Shown here in pieces: positions 57,938 to 64,000 of a stretch of 64,000 nucleotides of DNA. The notes under the pieces were generated by a model. The model did no database searches, was not told the DNA's origin, and saw only the letters and a program-made list of their open reading frames with translations. Source of the DNA: Lysobacterales bacterium (GTDB lineage Bacteria > Pseudomonadota > Gammaproteobacteria > Xanthomonadales > SZUA-5); contig JALHMG010000029.1 of assembly GCA_022844135.1 (NCBI GenBank), positions 300-64,299 of the forward strand, written 5' to 3'. Numbering within the stretch: position 1 is the first letter of the stretch; each line of letters begins with the position of its first letter. A program made the translations under genes and the position numbers.

Positions 57938-59185
57938 CTAGTCGATCTCAAACTGCGGACGCTCAGCGAGTGCTGCCTGCGCAAATGGCAGGTCGGGAAA
58001 CATTCGCGCGTAGTACCAGCGGCGCAGGTCGGCGTGAAATGTGCGCACCGATTGCTCGTACGCCAGCGCCGCTTGCGTATCGGTGCCGGCGAGCGCTTCG
58101 AGCTGCCGTTCCAGAGCAGCAGGGGGCGCGAGCCAGGAGAGCGCAGCTGCCGTGCGTGCGCGGGCGGCGCGGCCTTCGCTCCGCGCCCGCGAGAGCGGGG
58201 CGGCTGTCTCGTCGCCGACCTGCTGGAAGGCGAAATACCACTTCCATTCGAATGGGCGGCGGATCTGGGTATGCGCCGCCCATTGCGGGTGGCTGGCGAC
58301 GAACGCCTCCATGGTGGCCGCCTTCGGCAGGTCCCAGGCGGCGTTCACCGTCTCGCGTTGCGCCATCAATATCGTCGCGCCCTCCGGCAGCGCGTGATGT
58401 CGCTCGGCGACCGTGGCGATCGCCGCCGGGGCGATCACGGCCAGCAGCAGCCAGGCGCCGACACCTTGCATCAACTGGGTCGATGGTGGCGTCGCGCCAT
58501 CGCGGTCCAGCCAGCGGCATAGCACGGCCCAGAACAGCAGGTGCGCGATCACCAGCGCGGCGGCGATGAGCACCACGGCGCCCGCCGTGCCTTCGAACAT
58601 GGCGCCCAGCGCCAGCGGCAGCAGCAGCGCGAGCGCGAGCAGCGCGATCCGCAGTCCGGCGCGCAGCCGCCACAGCCGCGCGCCAGAGCGTGCGGTTGCG
58701 ACCAGGAGATCGTGGCGGCCTGCCGTCCGTTCGCCAGCCGCCAGGCCATGCAGCAGCAGAATCGCCAGCAAGGGCGCGAGTGTCGCTACAACGAAGGCGT
58801 AATCGAAGCGCCCGAGCAACGCGACTTCCGGCTGGCCCGCGTCCGGCTCATGGATCTGGCCTTCCAGCGCGAGCATTCGCACCCGGTGTTGCCAGGGGCC
58901 GTGCTCGCGCAGGCCGAGCGCAGCGAAGGCAAACGTCGAGGGTGGCGCCCCGGTCAGGTGGAACGTGTAGTAGGCCGCCGATCCCCAGTCGGCCTGCTGC
59001 GCCGCGACCGCCTCGCGCTCGCGCCGGTCGGCGTCGGCCAGGGCGGCGAGCTGCACGCGCTGCTGGCGGACCTCGGCCAGACCGCCGGTCACCGCGATCG
59101 CCGCCGACAGCAGGGCGATCACGAAAAGCCCCAGCGCCGCGCGATCGCGGGCCAGCAGTCGCAGTTCGCGCAGCAACGCGCTCAT
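57938..59185 (-). CDS. ABC transporter permease (DUF3526-type)
   Basis: WGSAAYYTFHLT, RMLALEGQI, GRFDYAFV, FEWKWYFAFQQVGDE. ATGA overlap with the upstream gene. Confidence 0.82.
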   Translation of the reverse strand: MSALLRELRLLARDRAALGLFVIALLSAAIAVTGGLAEVRQQRVQLAALADADRREREAVAAQQADWGSAAYYTFHLTGAPPSTFAFAALGLREHGPWQHRVRMLALEGQIHEPDAGQPEVALLGRFDYAFVVATLAPLLAILLLHGLAAGERTAGRHDLLVATARSGARLWRLRAGLRIALLALALLLPLALGAMFEGTAGAVVLIAAALVIAHLLFWAVLCRWLDRDGATPPSTQLMQGVGAWLLLAVIAPAAIATVAERHHALPEGATILMAQRETVNAAWDLPKAATMEAFVASHPQWAAHTQIRRPFEWKWYFAFQQVGDETAAPLSRARSEGRAARARTAAALSWLAPPAALERQLEALAGTDTQAALAYEQSVRTFHADLRRWYYARMFPDLPFAQAALAERPQFEID

Positions 59186-60615
59186 GGCCGCAACCGCGCC
59201 ACAGCGATCCGAAGTCCGAGCGCCAGCGCGACCAACCACGCCGCGAGCGCGACGCTTGCCGCGAACGCGTTGGCGCGGCGCGCGGCGGGCGCTGCAGGCT
59301 CGAAGCTGAAGGCGCGCAACAACCGCCAGTGCGAGGCGTCCACCCGTGTACGTCGCTCCGCCTCCGGATCCACGCTGCGCTGGATGTCGTCGGCATAGCG
59401 CAGCCTGTTGGCATGGACCTGATTCAGGCCCTGCACGAATTCGAAGCGTAGTGCCTCGGCCTCGCGCTGGAAGCGATGCATGGCGGCAAGGTCGGTGCCG
59501 GACAACGCGCGTGAGGCGATGCCGGTCGCGAGCGCTGGCGAGGCCCAGGCGAAGGCGGCCAGTTGCGCGGACTGCGCACGCTCTTGCGCCATGCGGCGTT
59601 CGGCGGCCTCGTTCAGCAACGCGGTCAGGCGCTCCTCCGCAATCGTCGCCACCACACCGCGGAAGTTGACCGGCAGGTCCTCAACCCGTTCGACGCCATG
59701 CTGCGCCAGCAGCTGCCGGCGCAGCGCGTCGAACGCCGGATCGGCGGCATTGTGCCCGTCGCCGGCATTGCGCAGGCCTTCGAGCAGGGCAATGTCGGCG
59801 GCGATCTTGCCGCTGGCTGCCGCCGTCGCCGCATGGCTCGCCGCCAGCCGCGGCAGCACCAAAGTGGTGGCGAGCCAGACCAGCAGCAGCGCGCCCAGCA
59901 CATCGGCGCGGCGCGGCAGCAGCGCGCCCAGCAGCAGCACGGCCAGCACCCAGACGACGAGGTAGCCCGCGTACAGCAGCATCTGCAACGCGGCGACCGT
60001 CGGCGATTCGCCGTCGGCGACCGCAAGCGCAGCCAGCCCCGCAGCCGGCAACAGCATGGCGAGCGCCGCGACGCCGAGCGCAATCGCTTTGCCGGCGGCG
60101 AGTTGCGCTGGCCGCACGCCCTGCGCCAACAATGGGGCAAGCGTGCCCGCCTCGCGTTCGCGCGCGAAGGCGGCATGACCCAGCGCGATCAGCAGCAGCG
60201 GCACCAGCAACTGATAGGCCAGCGCCGGATGCGGCACGCCGAACGCACCCACGCCGGCCGCCGACGGCGCCTCGGCGAACGCCGCACTGTTCTGCCGGTG
60301 GCCTTCGAGGAACAGCGCCTGGCCGGCCACTGCGTCGATGCCCGGATCGAACATCGCCAGCGGCGGCGGCGTGCGGAATACGTAGTGCCCGTAGTGCACC
60401 ATCCGATGCGGATGCCGGTCCGGCTGCGCAATGAAGGCCGCTTCGGCAGCCTGCTGCTGCGCGGCGCGGCGCGCAGATTCGGTCTCGATTCGCGTCGCGG
60501 ACAGCACTGCAATCGCTGTCAACAGCAGACCGAACACCGCGAGCGCCGTCCGCAGCAGGCGCGAGCGCAGCCAGAAACCCCATTCCGCGCGAGCAATCCG
60601 CAGTGCGGCGGTCAT
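59182..60615 (-). CDS. ABC transporter permease (DUF3526-type)
   Basis: QPDRHPHRMVHYGHYVFR, FLEGHRQN, REREAGTL, LPVNFRG. Confidence 0.85.
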   Translation of the reverse strand: MTAALRIARAEWGFWLRSRLLRTALAVFGLLLTAIAVLSATRIETESARRAAQQQAAEAAFIAQPDRHPHRMVHYGHYVFRTPPPLAMFDPGIDAVAGQALFLEGHRQNSAAFAEAPSAAGVGAFGVPHPALAYQLLVPLLLIALGHAAFAREREAGTLAPLLAQGVRPAQLAAGKAIALGVAALAMLLPAAGLAALAVADGESPTVAALQMLLYAGYLVVWVLAVLLLGALLPRRADVLGALLLVWLATTLVLPRLAASHAATAAASGKIAADIALLEGLRNAGDGHNAADPAFDALRRQLLAQHGVERVEDLPVNFRGVVATIAEERLTALLNEAAERRMAQERAQSAQLAAFAWASPALATGIASRALSGTDLAAMHRFQREAEALRFEFVQGLNQVHANRLRYADDIQRSVDPEAERRTRVDASHWRLLRAFSFEPAAPAARRANAFAASVALAAWLVALALGLRIAVARLRP

Positions 60616-61331
60616 GCCGGTTCGCGTGCGACGAACGCGGCGTGCACGGCCTCGGTGTCGATGCGCGCGCCCGGCGCGGCCTCGAAGCGGCCCACCAGCG
60701 CGCCATCGCGCAGCAGGCCGATGCGGTCGGCGACCTGGCAGGCGCCGTACACGTCGTGGGTCACCATCAACACCGTGCGCCCGGCGTTGGCGAGTTCGCG
60801 TAGCAGGCGGTTGAACTCGTCGATCGCGACTGGATCGAGGCCGGAAGTGGGCTCGTCGAGCAGCAGGATCGGCGTCTCGCGCAGCAGGGCCAGCGCGATC
60901 GCAACCTTTTGCCGCATGCCCTTGGAGTACGTCTCCAGTCGGCGTGTGCGCGCCGCAGGCGCCAGCGCGACACGGTCCAGCGCCGCGTCGATCGCCGCGC
61001 GCACGGCGCGCAAGCCGGCGAGGGCGAGGAAGTAGTCGAGGTTCTCGTACGCGTCCAGGTGCTCATACAGCGCAGCGTTCTCCGGCAGGTAGGCGATGCG
61101 CTGCCGCGCGTGCGCCGGATCGGCGCCGACGTCCGCGCCTTCCACGCGCACGCTTCCCTGGGCGGGCGCGAGGAAGCCGAGGAAGGCGAGCAGGGTGGTC
61201 GATTTGCCCGCCCCGTTCCCGCCCAGCAGCGCATGCACCTCGCCGGGCCGCACCACGAAAGACACGCCGCGCAGCGCCGGCCGGCCGCCGCGCAGGATAG
61301 TCAATGCGTCTGCTTCAAGCGCGGGCACCAT
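60612..61331 (-). CDS. ABC transporter ATP-binding protein
   Basis: GGNGAGKST, YSKGMRQK, LLLDEPTSGLD, VTHD. Confidence 0.93.
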   Translation of the reverse strand: MVPALEADALTILRGGRPALRGVSFVVRPGEVHALLGGNGAGKSTTLLAFLGFLAPAQGSVRVEGADVGADPAHARQRIAYLPENAALYEHLDAYENLDYFLALAGLRAVRAAIDAALDRVALAPAARTRRLETYSKGMRQKVAIALALLRETPILLLDEPTSGLDPVAIDEFNRLLRELANAGRTVLMVTHDVYGACQVADRIGLLRDGALVGRFEAAPGARIDTEAVHAAFVAREPA

Positions 61332-61338
61332 GGCGGGC

Positions 61339-63564
61339 TCAGAATCGCCAGTTCGCGGTCAGTCGCCAGGCGCGCGGCTCGCCGGGCCGCACCCACAGTT
61401 GCGAGAATGAGTTGGCGTAGTAGGTCTCATCGAACAGATTGTCGATCTCCGCGCCGAGCGTGATCGCCTCGGTCACATCCCACGCGGCGAAGGCGCGCGC
61501 CACGGTGTAGGACGGTAGTTCGAACGTGGTGCCGGCTTCGCCCAGCCGATCGCCCACGTACTGCACGCCGCCGCCGATCCGCAGCGGGCGGCCGAGGGCG
61601 ACCAGATCCTTCGCCACCTGCACGCTCAGCGCATGCTCGGGGATGTTCAGCAGGCGATCCCCTTCGCGCAACGGCAGCGCGAAGTTGAAGTCCAGCACGT
61701 CGTTGTCGAGCTGAGCGTCGATCCAGGCGTAGGACAGCCATACCGTGAGTCCTTCCGCCGGCTGCCCGGACAGGTCGAACTCGACACCGCGGCTGCTGGC
61801 TTCGCCAGCGGCAATCGAGAAGCCCGCGTTCACCGGGTCGGCGACCAGTAGATTGTCCTGCGTCAGGCGGAACACGCTGGCCGTGGCCGAGAGTGCGCCG
61901 TCCAGCAGATCGAACTTGACGCCCACTTCCGCCGAACGCGACTGGTTGGGCTCGAACGGCGAGCCATCGAAGGCCGCGCCCGACAGCGGACGGAAGTTCT
62001 CGCCATAAGCCGCGTAGGCCGACAGCGAAGGTGTGATCTCGTACACCACGCCGGCTTGCGGACTGCTGCGCGACTCGGATTGCGTGAGCGAACGGCGGTT
62101 GAGGCGGTTGTCGAGCGTCTGTTCGTAGTCGTCGTAACGCAGCCCGGCGCGCAGGTCGAGGCGCTCGGTGAGGCCGACGTGGTACTGCAAGAACAGACCG
62201 TTGGATTCCTGCGTCTCCAAGCGATCGGTCAGCGGGCCGGGCGTGGGCAGCGGAAAGCGACCGTAGACCGGGTTGAACACGTCGATGGCCTGTAACTGCG
62301 CGAGGCTGGGATTGGAGGCCAAGGTTGGTCCGCGCGCGCGCAGGAACACCTGGTCGTTCTCGAATTCGTCGGAATCGGCACCGAACAGCACGCGATGTTC
62401 CATGTCGGCGACCTCGAAGCGGCCAGTCACTTCGGCGCGCAACACGCGATAGGTCGCGTCATAGTCGCGGAATCGCCGCTGGCGAGACAAGGTTCGGCCA
62501 TCCACGAACAGGCGCTGGCGATTGGCGGCGAGTTCGGCCTCGGTAGAGAAACCTTCCAGCGAGGTGTCGCGATGGGTGAAGCCGACGAGTCCGCTCCAGT
62601 CGGCGCTGAAGTCGTGCTGCAGTTCCAGCTGGTGACCCTGCACCTCGGTGCGGATCGGACCGTCGCCCGGCTCGCCGAGGAAGCGCTCGATCGGTAGCGC
62701 ACCAATGTCGCCGTTGATCGCGACGACGCCGCGGTCGAACGGGATCTCCTGTTCGCTGTACTCAAGTTCGTACACCAGACGCGTCGCGTCGCTGAAACGG
62801 ATTGCCAGCGAGGGGCTCGCGCCCTGGCGCCGGGTTTCGATGGTGTCGCGAAAGCTCTCCGCATCGGCGTGAAATCCGACCAGACGCACCGCAGCCGCCT
62901 CGCCGATCGGTGTGGTCCAGTCGACATCCGCCCGCCACGCGTTGAAGCGCCCGGCGCCGATCCGGAACTCACCAGCGCGCTCAAAGGTAGGGCGTTTCGA
63001 AACCAGGTTGATCGTGCCGCCGGGTTCCCCGCGGCCGAACAGCGCCGCACGCGGGCCCTTGAGCACTTCGACGCTCTCGATGCCCGACAAGTCGCGAGGG
63101 CCACCGAAGCCGCGGCCGGCGTTGAAGCCATTGACGAGGTAGTTGCTGGGCAGGTTCTCGTCGCCGATGAAGCCGCGCACGGCAAAGCTGTTCCACAGGC
63201 CGCCGAAATTGTTCTGCCGTGCCACCGAGGCCGACAGGTCCAGGGCCTGGTCGAGATCGGTAGCGCCCGCGTCGCGCAACACCGCAGCATCGATCGTCAA
63301 TTCGGCCTGCGGGATCTCCCGCGTTTCGAAGTCGCCGCGATAGGCCTGGCGGGTAGCGGTGACGACGACCTCGTCGAGACGCTTCGCGTCGTCGTCGGCA
63401 GCTGCGGTAATCGGCTGCGCAAGCGACGAGTCGGGGAACCCGACGACCGCGCAGGTGACCAGCGCTGCCGCGCTTCGGAATGCTGTCGATGCGAATGTGT
63501 TGGTCGTGGTCCGCGACGCAGAGGCGCGGCGCGTGCGGTGATGAAGCGCAGGAGGATAGGGCAC
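61339..63564 (-). CDS. TonB-dependent receptor
   Basis: TonB box LDEVVVTA, IESVEVLKGP..LFGRGEPGGTINL, NLFDETY, C-terminal WRF. Start is uncertain. Confidence 0.92.
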   Translation of the reverse strand: MPYPPALHHRTRRASASRTTTNTFASTAFRSAAALVTCAVVGFPDSSLAQPITAAADDDAKRLDEVVVTATRQAYRGDFETREIPQAELTIDAAVLRDAGATDLDQALDLSASVARQNNFGGLWNSFAVRGFIGDENLPSNYLVNGFNAGRGFGGPRDLSGIESVEVLKGPRAALFGRGEPGGTINLVSKRPTFERAGEFRIGAGRFNAWRADVDWTTPIGEAAAVRLVGFHADAESFRDTIETRRQGASPSLAIRFSDATRLVYELEYSEQEIPFDRGVVAINGDIGALPIERFLGEPGDGPIRTEVQGHQLELQHDFSADWSGLVGFTHRDTSLEGFSTEAELAANRQRLFVDGRTLSRQRRFRDYDATYRVLRAEVTGRFEVADMEHRVLFGADSDEFENDQVFLRARGPTLASNPSLAQLQAIDVFNPVYGRFPLPTPGPLTDRLETQESNGLFLQYHVGLTERLDLRAGLRYDDYEQTLDNRLNRRSLTQSESRSSPQAGVVYEITPSLSAYAAYGENFRPLSGAAFDGSPFEPNQSRSAEVGVKFDLLDGALSATASVFRLTQDNLLVADPVNAGFSIAAGEASSRGVEFDLSGQPAEGLTVWLSYAWIDAQLDNDVLDFNFALPLREGDRLLNIPEHALSVQVAKDLVALGRPLRIGGGVQYVGDRLGEAGTTFELPSYTVARAFAAWDVTEAITLGAEIDNLFDETYYANSFSQLWVRPGEPRAWRLTANWRF

Positions 63565-63586
63565 AGGTAGAGAGTTCGACTAAAAC

Positions 63587-63609
63587 ATGACGTTATAGTA
63601 TTACACTCA
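63587..63609. promoter_or_regulatory. Putative Zur box upstream of the TonB receptor operon
   Basis: ATGACGTTATAGTATTACACTCA resembles the proteobacterial Zur palindrome core TGTTATA-N-TATAACA (two mismatches). Confidence 0.65.
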
Positions 63610-63725
63610 ACCATGGCGCAAGAGGGACGTCGCGTATCCAGGTCCAACCTGCGGATCGGCGCAGTGTGGCCATCGTTGACGTCGAATTGTTCGATACTCA
63701 GCCGACGAATTAACGGATTGCCGAC

Positions 63726-64000
63726 GTGCCCGAACCCTTCAAACTGCTGCTTTCGCCAGAGCTGGTGCGTTGTGCGGGCCTGCATTTTTCGAAGGTGCTG
63801 CCGACGTTTCCGCGACGGCGGTTCGAGTCGCTGGCCTTGGACGGCTTCGATGGCCTGGAAATGAAGGCGCGCGCGATGCAGATCGCGACGGCGCTGCAAG
63901 CGACGCTTCCAACTGATTTTCCCTCTGCGGCAGCGGCCATCGAGGCGACGCTGTTGCCGGTCGCGGGCGACGAAACGCTCAAGGACTTGCGCGCATCCGA
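63726..64000 (+). CDS. DNA alkylation repair protein (AlkD-like), 5' part, truncated by window end
   Basis: Manual translation from GTG 63726: MPEPFKLLLSPELVRCAGLHFSKVLPTFPRRRFESLALDGFDGLEMKARAMQIATALQATLPTDFPSAAAAIEATL. Confidence 0.7.
   Translation, partial: MPEPFKLLLSPELVRCAGLHFSKVLPTFPRRRFESLALDGFDGLEMKARAMQIATALQATLPTDFPSAAAAIEATLLPVAGDETLKDLRAS

Overview
This is a GC-rich bacterial accessory region. By gene content it looks like Xanthomonadales/Rhodanobacteraceae (inference only). It is dominated by secreted repeat-rich proteins (beta-helix/choice-of-anchor Q, CSLREA, FN3, Calx-beta, beta-propeller, DUF11). Nine ORFs with different cargo domains share a short (I/V/L)FxxGFE-like motif. 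It is C-terminal in eight of them and internal, before a ~95-aa tail domain, in one. The ordinary periplasmic enzymes in the window lack it. Three ECF sigma-factor modules sit beside these genes: two ECF43/TIGR02999-like sigma + Ser/Thr kinase-TM-TPR pairs and one ECF + TM anti-sigma + secreted TPR-CHAT protease operon. For each module I can read a distinct bipartite promoter-like motif present twice: TGACAGT-N16-CGCTAG, TGTCGCA-N16-CGTT and GAGAAA-N14-TTCGTCT. These lie upstream of the kinase and/or the neighbouring GFE-tail gene(s). Other contents: two copies of a CTAG-ended, highly palindromic MITE-like element; a 90-aa secreted peptide with symmetric 8-Cys spacing next to a membrane-anchored glutaredoxin; a PsiD-like pyruvoyl decarboxylase; an orphan gspG; a 5'-truncated pilU; an AbrB antitoxin with an internally deleted vapC; LytS/LytTR and OmpR/EnvZ-like two-component systems; and a Zur-box-preceded TonB receptor/ABC cassette. 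No rRNA, tRNA or CRISPR array was seen. All family assignments are from visual motif recognition, not database searches.
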